Positions 56,731 through 64,000 of a DNA stretch of 64,000 nucleotides are shown piece by piece. The position numbers were made by a program, and so were the translations under genes. The stretch covers positions 10,909-74,908 of the forward strand of contig QIAP01000055.1 in NCBI GenBank assembly GCA_003225075.1. Reading direction: 5' to 3'. Numbering within the stretch: position 1 is the first letter of the stretch; every line of letters starts with the position of its first letter. Under the pieces are notes generated by a model. The model was not told the DNA's origin, ran no database searches, and worked only from the letters and a program-made list of their open reading frames with translations. Source of the stretch: Acidobacteriota bacterium (lineage in GTDB: Bacteria; Acidobacteriota; Terriglobia; Terriglobales; Acidobacteriaceae).

Positions 56731-57843
56731 TTATTCGAGATCGGTCTTGTCGGGGTTGTAGTAAAAGCGAAAGCGCAAGCCCAAATATTGTCCGTGGAAA
56801 TCCTGCGGCAACGGCTCGAATGGGTTCGAAACAGTAATAGATCCCCACGCCGGACGATCCAACGCGACATCGCCGGAACTCCCCTGTAACTTCATGCCGG
56901 CCACGGTACCGTCTTTCAAGATAACGAAGTCAATGGCGACTTTGCCTTTTTTCCATTGCGCGCCTTCGGGAATGAGGCTATACCAGTGCTGTTTTACGTT
57001 GAGCACCACGCGCGAGAGGTAGGGGCCGAAGTCCACTCCCATGGTGTCAGTCAGAACATCCAGCTGGCTGGCTGCTCTGCCGCCGTGCTGGCCTTGGCCC
57101 AAGCCATAATCTCCGTTATCCCCGCCGTAGCTGCCACCAGGATTCGCCAGGGCGGCCCGTGCTGCCTCTTCAATGGCGGAACCCGCGGACATACTTCCCT
57201 TGAATGTAACCGGCGGCTTGGCCCTGGGTACGGGCGGCGGCTGCAGTTGTGCGGTCTGTTGCTGATTGGTCGGAGCGGGAGGGGGGACTTGCTGCGGCTG
57301 TGATTGCGCCGCGTTCTGCGCTGCTTGCGGCGGCTGTTGGGGCCGCGGTGGTACTGGACTTCCATTTGGCCCCGGCCTTCCGCGACGAGCAGCATCCAGA
57401 ATCGTCTTCAGCTCTTTGGGATCCAGTTGCGGCTTGCGCGAAGTCGCCACGCGATCTTTATCAGAGATGATGTTGGTATCGGGGCGCTTCGTGACTTTTT
57501 GCTGGTCAGGCGGCAGAGCAAGAAAAGTCAGCTCCTTCTGCCGAGTCAAGTCGTTCGGTGAGACTACAACCACAGGACGAAAGAAATATTTTTCCAGCTT
57601 CGCTTCATTGAGTATGAGGAGGATCAGCAGAAGGTGAACAATTACCGATAACCACGCCGCCTCGCGCTTGCGCGACCGCGCCAGATCGTCCTCAAGCTGA
57701 ATCAGGAGATGAGGAACAGCGTCAGCATCAAACTTGCGATAGGCAGACTCCCAGCGCTGCGCTTCGTATAACTCGCTGCCATCGGGTCGAACCGGAGGGC
57801 GGGATGGCTGCTGACCCTTTGACGGAATTTGCGTTATCGACAT
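56731..57843 (-). CDS. TonB-family energy transducer-like protein
   Basis: Single TM 'AAWLSVIVHLLLILLILN'. Pro/Gln-rich linker 'PVPPRPQQPPQAAQ...PPPAPTNQQ'. The C-terminal TonB_C-like domain reads 'KVAIDFVILKDGTVAGMKLQGSSGDVALDRPAWGSI'. Confidence 0.75.
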   Translation of the reverse strand: MSITQIPSKGQQPSRPPVRPDGSELYEAQRWESAYRKFDADAVPHLLIQLEDDLARSRKREAAWLSVIVHLLLILLILNEAKLEKYFFRPVVVVSPNDLTRQKELTFLALPPDQQKVTKRPDTNIISDKDRVATSRKPQLDPKELKTILDAARRGRPGPNGSPVPPRPQQPPQAAQNAAQSQPQQVPPPAPTNQQQTAQLQPPPVPRAKPPVTFKGSMSAGSAIEEAARAALANPGGSYGGDNGDYGLGQGQHGGRAASQLDVLTDTMGVDFGPYLSRVVLNVKQHWYSLIPEGAQWKKGKVAIDFVILKDGTVAGMKLQGSSGDVALDRPAWGSITVSNPFEPLPQDFHGQYLGLRFRFYYNPDKTDLE

Positions 57844-58168
57844 CGAGACTACGCGTCTACCTTCTCAGACAAACCGGCTCCCAACCTACGGAAGAAGTGT
57901 GGGACCACAGTTGGCAATTGCGGGCCAAATTACTTCTATTTTCGCATCTTTCCAGCGAATCCGCTAAGTTTCGAAGGTGCTGGTACATACGAATGCATCT
58001 TCCTCGTAACTAATGTTTTGCATTCACTAAGTATTGCAGACTGTAAATCGCGAAAATGTAAAGTTTTGTAGGAATTGAATAGCGCGTTGTGTCATTGAGA
58101 TGCGGATCGCCACAAAGCTACAGAAATAGCGAGCCCTTGATTCTCGTGGGGATTAACTCATGCAGCTG

Positions 58169-59173
58169 CTAGGCCCGTGCGAGGTTGATTTTTCTGCCGT
58201 GTTCCTGGATTGCTGACACGATATCCAGCGCGGTAGCGAGGGCGCGCCGGCCATCTTCGAGAGAAACGACTGGGCGGGACCGCTGCCTCACTGCATTAAG
58301 AAATGATTTCAGTTCAGCGTAGAGAGGTTCTTCGGCGGTAACCGGCGGCTTGGCAACTTTGATCTGAGGATTTACCGAGGGAGTGCCCGGGGATTTCGCG
58401 TTATCACCTATGGTGAAGACCAGGACGTCCTGACGGCTATAGTCCAGGGAAACGTATTGTTGCGGTTGAAAAAATCTTAGTTTGCGCACGCGTTCGGTAG
58501 AGACGCGGCTGGCCGTGAAATTCGCAACGCAGCCAGAGTCAAACTCGATTCGCACGTTGGCGATGTCGACTTTTCCCGAGAGTATCGGTAGGCCGACCGC
58601 GCGAATTTCCTTCACTGCTGAGCTGACGAAGGAGAGCACGATGTCCAGGTCATGAATCATCAGATCGAGCACTACATCCACGTCGAGTGAGCGCGGCGTG
58701 AAGATGCTGAGCCGGTGAACCTCGAAAAACATGGGCTGCGTGATCAGCGGCAAAATCGCGCGAACCGCGGGATTAAAACGTTCCAGATGGCCGACTTGTG
58801 CAATCCTGCGATGCCGTCTTGCGGTTTGAATGAGCTGGTCCGCTTCGTTGAGTGATAAGGCCAGGGGCTTTTCAATCAGCACATCCACGCCCCTTTGCAT
58901 CAGCATATGAGCGACTTCCACATGATGAACCGTCGGGACCGCTACCGAGGCAGCCTGAACTTCGCTATGAGTCGTGATTTCTTCGATGGAACTGAAGGCA
59001 CGGCAGCCAAACTCGCGCGCAACCGCATTGGCACGTGCCAGATCAGGATCAACTATCCCGACAAGTCTCACCAGCTCGCCATGTTGACCGAGTTGCTGAT
59101 AAATGCGAGCATGATTGCGGCCGAACGCGCCCGTGCCAATGACGGCGACGTTGATGAGGTTGTCAGTTACCAG
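58169..59173 (-). CDS. Gfo/Idh/MocA family oxidoreductase (lipid-A cluster neighbour); N-terminus extended beyond the ORF-track GTG
   Basis: The track ORF starts at GTG 59071 ('MRLVGIV'). The same frame is open to 59176 and encodes 'NLINVAVIGTGAFGRNHARIYQQLGQHGEL', the GxGxxG Rossmann motif of this family. The only start-like codon after the upstream stop is CTG 59173, with AGGAA 7 nt upstream. Confidence 0.7.
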   Translation of the reverse strand: MVTDNLINVAVIGTGAFGRNHARIYQQLGQHGELVRLVGIVDPDLARANAVAREFGCRAFSSIEEITTHSEVQAASVAVPTVHHVEVAHMLMQRGVDVLIEKPLALSLNEADQLIQTARRHRRIAQVGHLERFNPAVRAILPLITQPMFFEVHRLSIFTPRSLDVDVVLDLMIHDLDIVLSFVSSAVKEIRAVGLPILSGKVDIANVRIEFDSGCVANFTASRVSTERVRKLRFFQPQQYVSLDYSRQDVLVFTIGDNAKSPGTPSVNPQIKVAKPPVTAEEPLYAELKSFLNAVRQRSRPVVSLEDGRRALATALDIVSAIQEHGRKINLARA

Positions 59174-59279
59174 TATTCAGTTCCTGTCGACAGTATTGTA
59201 GGGTTTTGATTGTAATCACTAAAGACACCACTTGACCACGCGCAGTGAGACGCTTTGGAGCCTTCGAGAGCTCGGCAGA

Positions 59280-59759
59280 TCAGGCTTTCTTCAGGATCGC
59301 AATCTGTCCGGCATGGTACAGCTCGTGCTGAGCGATACCGTACAGCATGTAATAAAAATTGTAGAACTTCTGCTGCTTGCCTGGCACCCGGTCGTCAAGG
59401 CGCGAATCGGAGAACGAGGTCACTGCCTTCACCAGATTCTCGTGAGTCTGTTCCAGTTCTTGTAATGTTCTTCTCCAGCCCCGCTCGCTGAATTCGGCGA
59501 TGTGCGGCCAGTCCTGCTCTGGAGTAGGTTGCACGACCTCGCCCGCCATTCGCCGACGCGCGGCATTATCCCAAACAGCCATGTGGACGACGATTTCCCA
59601 GATGCTATGAACTCCATCGATTGGGTGGGTGGCTGCCCTCTTTGCATCAATACCATCCAGAATCTCCAAAACTGAAGGTCCATGCCACGCCTCTCCTTTG
59701 AAAGCGCGCCTGAGTTGGTCGGCTAAGCGTGTGGTTTCGGACATGCAATATCCTCCCAA
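59280..59759 (-). CDS. DinB-superfamily (DinB_2-like) four-helix-bundle protein
   Basis: 159 aa. 'WHGPSVLEIL', 'IWEIVVHMAVWDNAA', 'AQHELYHAGQIAILKK' (His triad pattern). Confidence 0.7.
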   Translation of the reverse strand: MGGYCMSETTRLADQLRRAFKGEAWHGPSVLEILDGIDAKRAATHPIDGVHSIWEIVVHMAVWDNAARRRMAGEVVQPTPEQDWPHIAEFSERGWRRTLQELEQTHENLVKAVTSFSDSRLDDRVPGKQQKFYNFYYMLYGIAQHELYHAGQIAILKKA

Positions 59760-59862
59760 ATTGTAGATTGAATAGATTTCCCCGAAGTAAGGAAAGATTC
59801 AACCAGAGTCTACAGTCACGCGTATGAACTGTTTTTCCAGCAGGAGATACTAGAAACCGCCT

Positions 59863-60708
59863 TCAATCCGCCACTACGCAAATCCCGGCTGAGTCGGCGA
59901 CGTCAAAAATTTTCTCGCCATCAAGCAACAAACACTTCCCCGCATCCACAGCCAGACAGCTTGCACCCGCCTTGCGCATTACTTCAATCGTTCTTACGCC
60001 GATCACGGGAACGTCGAATCGCATGTCCTGATTTGGTTTCGCAATTTTCACCACAGTCAGAGCCCGGCTAAGGCTGGATGGCGAGGAATCGAGCGAGGCC
60101 ATGATCTGACCGGCCCGCTCAATGGTTGCATCTGTCCCTTCCATGGCTTCCACCGTCACACAGGCGCCTTCAGCTACGACCACGGTTTGTCCGATGTCGT
60201 ATTGCGCGAGGTGACGGGCCACGGTTCGGCCGTAATTGATGTTCATCTGTTCCTGCTCGGAAGGGGAACGTCTAGTAAGAGTACCGGGCTTGGCGAGCAA
60301 AGGTTGGAGTAATAAGGTCGAGTTCTCCAATGTGATGCCTTCATCGCCGAGCACCTTAGCGACAGCGCCGAGCAGTGCATCAGTATTGCGGGTCCGGAGA
60401 GAGAGCAGGAGTTTGGCCAGACGCCAGTCAGGCCGGATACTGGAAAAGATCTGCTTGTGTTTGACCTGTCCAGCCATGATGGCTCGCCGCACGCCTTCAC
60501 TTTTGAAAGTATCGATGAGTTTCGATAGCTCTCCGAGTGACAGCCAGTGGACTGCACAGGCGCCATGCGATTCGATTTCAGAAAAAGCTTCCTCTTTGAT
60601 GGCTGCAACTACCACCTCGAATCCCTGGGTGCGAGCAGCATCGAGCACAAGCAAGGGAAAACGTCCATTGCCGGCAATGAGGCCGAGTTTTTCCTGGATA
60701 GTCATCAA
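59863..60708 (-). CDS. lpxI: UDP-2,3-diacylglucosamine diphosphatase LpxI (DUF1009)
   Basis: 'LGLIAGNGRFPLLV', 'DIGQTVVV', 'EAMEGTDATI', 'FDVPVIG'. It lies directly downstream of lpxA. Confidence 0.85.
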   Translation of the reverse strand: MMTIQEKLGLIAGNGRFPLLVLDAARTQGFEVVVAAIKEEAFSEIESHGACAVHWLSLGELSKLIDTFKSEGVRRAIMAGQVKHKQIFSSIRPDWRLAKLLLSLRTRNTDALLGAVAKVLGDEGITLENSTLLLQPLLAKPGTLTRRSPSEQEQMNINYGRTVARHLAQYDIGQTVVVAEGACVTVEAMEGTDATIERAGQIMASLDSSPSSLSRALTVVKIAKPNQDMRFDVPVIGVRTIEVMRKAGASCLAVDAGKCLLLDGEKIFDVADSAGICVVAD

Positions 60709-60812
60709 TAGCGGTCAGTGATCAGTGCTCGGTGATGAGCCTATCAATGTTGTGTATCGCCGATTCCAATCGAAAAATCACTCTTCACCGACCACAGACC
60801 ACTGGCAACTGC

Positions 60813-61598
60813 TCACTTAATCACGCCGCGTTCCGCCGCTTCGATGAACCTTATCAGCAAGTCCACATCTTCACTGCGATCGGTCTCCACTTTAAGTTTC
60901 TCCAGCGCTTGCGAGGTGTTGAGCTTGGAAGCGAGCAGGATCTTATAGGCATGATGAATCTTGCGGATGCGATCTTTGCTGAATCCGCGACGCTCCAGCC
61001 CCAGGGCATTCAAGCCAAAGGCGCGAGTGTTGCGTTCAGCCGCCGTTTTTGAAAACGGTAGAACGTCTCGGGTAATGGTGGAACCACCGCCAATGTAGGC
61101 GTGCGTGCCGATGCGCACGAACTGGTGCACTGGGCACAGCGCGCCAACTGCGGCCCAGTCTTCGACTGTAACGTGGCCTCCGAGTGTGGCGGCATTGGCC
61201 ACGATCACATGGTCCCCGATTGCGCAATCGTGTGCGATGTGGGCATAGGCCATGATCAACGTATGACTTCCGATACGCGTCAGGCCACCGCCTTTCACAG
61301 TGCCGCGATTGATGGTCACGAACTCGCGAATTTCGTTGTGGTCTCCAATTTCGAGCTGTGTCGGTTCACCTGCATAACTCAGGTCCTGGGGCGCCATACC
61401 GATCGAGGAGAATGAAAAAAAGCCATTATCAGAACCGATTTTAGTTGGCCCTTCAATGGCGACATGGGAGACCAGGTGGCAGTTGTCGCCCAATTCGACA
61501 TCCGGTCCGATTACACAATAAGGGCCGATCTTGCAGGAAGCGGAAATCTTGGCGCGGGAGTCGATGATGGCGGTGGGATGAACGTTCATTGAATGCAA
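60813..61598 (-). CDS. lpxA: Acyl-ACP--UDP-N-acetylglucosamine O-acyltransferase
   Basis: 'HPTAIIDSRAKISASCKIGPYCVIGPDVELGDNC' hexapeptide repeats. C-terminal helical domain 'GLNALGLERRGFSKDRI'. Confidence 0.93.
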   Translation of the reverse strand: MHSMNVHPTAIIDSRAKISASCKIGPYCVIGPDVELGDNCHLVSHVAIEGPTKIGSDNGFFSFSSIGMAPQDLSYAGEPTQLEIGDHNEIREFVTINRGTVKGGGLTRIGSHTLIMAYAHIAHDCAIGDHVIVANAATLGGHVTVEDWAAVGALCPVHQFVRIGTHAYIGGGSTITRDVLPFSKTAAERNTRAFGLNALGLERRGFSKDRIRKIHHAYKILLASKLNTSQALEKLKVETDRSEDVDLLIRFIEAAERGVIK

Positions 61599-61620
61599 AA
61601 TCGCCTGGCCGCGCGGAAAA

Positions 61621-62154
61621 TCACTCGGGTGCTTCTTCGGACCGGCCGGCTGGGTCGCGCCTGCCGCGAGAGCGGTCCACCAGTTGGCAGGTAACGGTTG
61701 CTTCGGCTACACGTTTTTCCCCCACGTAAACCACTCCCTCCATGCGCACCGCTGTCACACGCCAGGCCTTAACCTCAACCTCAATGCGCAACTGGTCGCC
61801 GGGGACAACCGGACGGCGAAAACGGGCGCGCTCGATTCCGGTAAACACCATGAGCTTGCCTTCACGGTCCTCAACCTCGGTGAGCAGTAGCGCTCCACCC
61901 GCCTGGGCAATGGCTTCAACAATGAGCACGCCGGGCATGATCGGGAGGTTGGGGAAGTGGCCGGCAAAGAACGGCTCATTGATGGTGACATTCTTAATCG
62001 CCACAATTCGCTCTCTGCGCGTGAGGTCAATCACCCGATCAATCAGCAGGAACGGAAAGCGGTGCGGCAGAATCCGCAGGATATCGTTAATGTCCAACGT
62101 GGTCTTGGCTGAGGAGTCCGGTACCGCGGCGATGGGATCAGCAGTGTCGCTCAT
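61621..62154 (-). CDS. fabZ: 3-hydroxyacyl-ACP dehydratase
   Basis: 'LPHRFPFLLIDRV', 'EPFFAGHFPNLPIMPGVL'. It has a short basic/acidic C-terminal extension. Confidence 0.95.
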   Translation of the reverse strand: MSDTADPIAAVPDSSAKTTLDINDILRILPHRFPFLLIDRVIDLTRRERIVAIKNVTINEPFFAGHFPNLPIMPGVLIVEAIAQAGGALLLTEVEDREGKLMVFTGIERARFRRPVVPGDQLRIEVEVKAWRVTAVRMEGVVYVGEKRVAEATVTCQLVDRSRGRRDPAGRSEEAPE

Positions 62155-62221
62155 TCTGCGGTCTCGTTGGCGCGAAGATTATACTGTACCGCGCGCGTGA
62201 AGCGCTTTTTGACAAATTCCA

Positions 62222-63418
62222 ATGCCCCAACAATCAACAAAACCGTCGATGCGTAAGAAAACAGGAATCCAAGAGGAACCCACGACGAAACCGCTGGAGT
62301 ACTTCGAAGAGCGACGCGACGACATCGTCAGAGACATCCGTGAAATGGTCGAGATCGAGTCCCCCAGCGACAGCAAGCAGGCCGTCGGCCGGTTGGGTAA
62401 ATATCTGGCGGGCAAGTTTTCCCGCTTAGGCGGCCAGGTCCAGTTTCACAAGGCTGTGGAGGTCGGTGACCATCTTCAGGTGAATTTTGGCGGCAAGAAC
62501 GACCGCAAACCCGTGCTGCTCCTGGGACACATGGACACGGTCTACCCCGTCGGCACCCTGGCGACGATGTCCTGCCGGGTTGCGGATGGCCGTCTCTGGG
62601 GGCCAGGGACTCTCGACATGAAGTCGGGAATCGGGCTCATCCTGCATTCCATTGCGGCCCTACAAGCGCGGAATGGTGAGCTGCCCCGGCCGGTTCACGT
62701 CTTGCTGGTTTCTGACGAAGAAGTTGGGAGCGACTCCTCGCGACACATCACGGAAGCGTTGGCCAGGAAGTCAGCCGCGGTGCTGGTGCTGGAGCCGTCA
62801 TACGGGCTGCATGGTGCAGTTAAGACCGCACGAAAAGGGGTTGGCGAATATTTATTGACGGTAACAGGCGTCGCGGCGCATTCCGGTCTGGACTTCGAAA
62901 AAGGCCAGAGCGCAATTCTCGAACTGGCACGGCAAATCGAGAAGATCGCAGAATTTACCGACATGAAGCGCGGGTTGACGTTGAATTTCGGCCTGGTGAA
63001 GGGAGGAACGCGGGTCAACGTGGTTCCTGCAGAGGCTACCGCGACCATTGACGTGCGCATCGCCCGCCTGAAAGATGCCGCCAGTATTGACCGCAAGCTG
63101 CATGCGCTGAAACCATTTAATCGTAAGTGCGAGCTGGAAATAACCGGCGGCATGAATCGTCCTCCTATGGAGCGCACAGCCGGGGTGGCTATGCTCTACC
63201 AGGCGGCGGCGGCAATCGCGAAGCGGTTCGGCTGGAAGTTAAGCGAGGCGGCCGTCGGCGGCGGATCCGATGGCAATTTTACCGCTGGGTTGGGCATTCC
63301 CACCTTGGACGGCTTGGGCGGTGTAGGCGAAGGGGCACATGCTACCCATGAATCCATACTGATTGCAGAGTTGCCGCGGCGGGCGGCACTACTGGCGGCG
63401 CTGATCGCGACCGTGTAG
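62222..63418 (+). CDS. M20 family metallopeptidase (carboxypeptidase G2-like)
   Basis: 'LLLGHMDTVYP', 'LLVSDEEVGS', dimerisation-domain pattern, 'GGGSDGNF'. Confidence 0.85.
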   Translation: MPQQSTKPSMRKKTGIQEEPTTKPLEYFEERRDDIVRDIREMVEIESPSDSKQAVGRLGKYLAGKFSRLGGQVQFHKAVEVGDHLQVNFGGKNDRKPVLLLGHMDTVYPVGTLATMSCRVADGRLWGPGTLDMKSGIGLILHSIAALQARNGELPRPVHVLLVSDEEVGSDSSRHITEALARKSAAVLVLEPSYGLHGAVKTARKGVGEYLLTVTGVAAHSGLDFEKGQSAILELARQIEKIAEFTDMKRGLTLNFGLVKGGTRVNVVPAEATATIDVRIARLKDAASIDRKLHALKPFNRKCELEITGGMNRPPMERTAGVAMLYQAAAAIAKRFGWKLSEAAVGGGSDGNFTAGLGIPTLDGLGGVGEGAHATHESILIAELPRRAALLAALIATV

Positions 63419-63518
63419 GTTTTTTGACTCCGGACATGCAATAGCCTAGAATTTCCACAGGGGTGTTTGCGCAAGCCGAGCCGCGTTAAAAACGAGGCGA
63501 ACCCCTAGGAGATAACAC

Positions 63519-63686
63519 ATGCCTGGAAAACTGGGGTTGCCGGAAATTCTGATCATACTGGCGGTTGCGCTGCTGATTTTTGGTCCCAGTAAACTGGCCG
63601 ACCTCGGCAAGGGACTGGGAGAAGGCATCAAGAATTTTAAGAATTCAGTCAAGGATGGCGAGCAGGGACCCGAGAAGAAGTCATAG
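63519..63686 (+). CDS. tatA: Twin-arginine translocase subunit TatA/E (55 aa; absent from the ORF track)
   Basis: Manual translation gives 'MPGKLGLPEILIILAVALLIFGPSKLADLGKGLGEGIKNFKNSVKDGEQGPEKKS'. AGGAG Shine-Dalgarno at 63507-63511. The 'LLIFGPSKL..LGK.LG' core is the TatA signature. Confidence 0.9.
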   Translation: MPGKLGLPEILIILAVALLIFGPSKLADLGKGLGEGIKNFKNSVKDGEQGPEKKS

Positions 63687-63744
63687 TCAACCGCCGTCCC
63701 TTTCTCTCTTTTCCCGGCGGATCGATGCCGTCGCAACCTTCCTA

Positions 63745-64000
63745 TTAGATCGCGTTATGCTCCCGCATCATGCGGTAAACCAGTGACACTGGCAGTCCGA
63801 CCACATTGAAGTAATCTCCTTCAATCCTCGGTATCCACCGCGAGGCAATCCCCTGAATCGCATACGCTCCCGCTTTGTCCATAGGTTCTCCCGTCGTGAG
63901 ATAGGAACGGATATCGTCGGCAGTGAGACTGCACATTGTCACTTGAGTGGTTTCCGAGCGGATGTCTTCGAAGCCAGGAACTGACTGACCGCCCGCCATT
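63745..64000 (-). CDS. maf: Maf-like nucleoside triphosphate pyrophosphatase (C-terminal part; gene runs off the window)
   Basis: '[31 protein letters not shown]' is typical of Maf. The ORF is open to the window edge. Confidence 0.85.
   Translation of the reverse strand, partial: MAGGQSVPGFEDIRSETTQVTMCSLTADDIRSYLTTGEPMDKAGAYAIQGIASRWIPRIEGDYFNVVGLPVSLVYRMMREHNAI

Noticed and set aside
63691-63720. CCGCCG...CGGCGG inverted repeat between tatA and maf
   Set aside because: A 6-bp stem with an 18-nt loop is too weak to call as a terminator.
1-64000. CRISPR arrays, IS elements, prophage or defence islands
   Set aside because: Reading both strands, I saw no regularly spaced 25-40-nt repeats, no terminal inverted repeats flanking a transposase-like ORF, and no nuclease, ATPase or RT genes of defence type. 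All large ORFs are accounted for by housekeeping or envelope functions.

Overview
Dense chromosomal window with about 60 protein genes, one tRNA and short intergenic gaps. No similarity search or GC calculation was run, so product calls rest on motifs read from the supplied translations and the DNA. The gene content suggests an Acidobacteriota (Terriglobia-like) core-genome segment, but that is an inference. It rests on LpxI instead of LpxH, a GloVer-repeat fragment, a CBM9/DUF5916 barrel, many BNR, YVTN and TPR secreted proteins, and low-complexity tails on housekeeping proteins. Recognisable housekeeping genes are recA, purH, pyrR-pyrB-pyrC, serA, miaA, coaD, rsmD, kdsB, fabG, fabZ-lpxA-lpxI, tatA and maf (partial). 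There is also a co-directional GDP-mannose module (manA-like, manC-like, PMM/PGM). Other content is a Hpt/response-regulator/diguanylate-cyclase operon, several peptidases (M20 x2, M48, M50), sugar and oxidoreductase enzymes, and envelope proteins. I found no transposase, integrase, CRISPR array, prophage gene or recognisable defence or toxin-antitoxin module, and I do not see a convincing novel multi-gene system. The points most worth a second look are: (1) a tandem-fused ThyX-like protein whose two halves keep complementary parts of the RHRX7S signature, just upstream of recA; (2) a kinase-less Hpt -> REC(Cys-motif) -> REC-GGDEF operon whose middle regulator has an uncharacterised CxxC...CxxC output; (3) an in-frame TAG splitting a DUF5916 barrel gene, next to a truncated GloVer gene; (4) a lipid-A-cluster oxidoreductase whose Rossmann motif lies upstream of any canonical start codon; (5) several small repeats and structured intergenic elements. 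All of these are of moderate interest at most.
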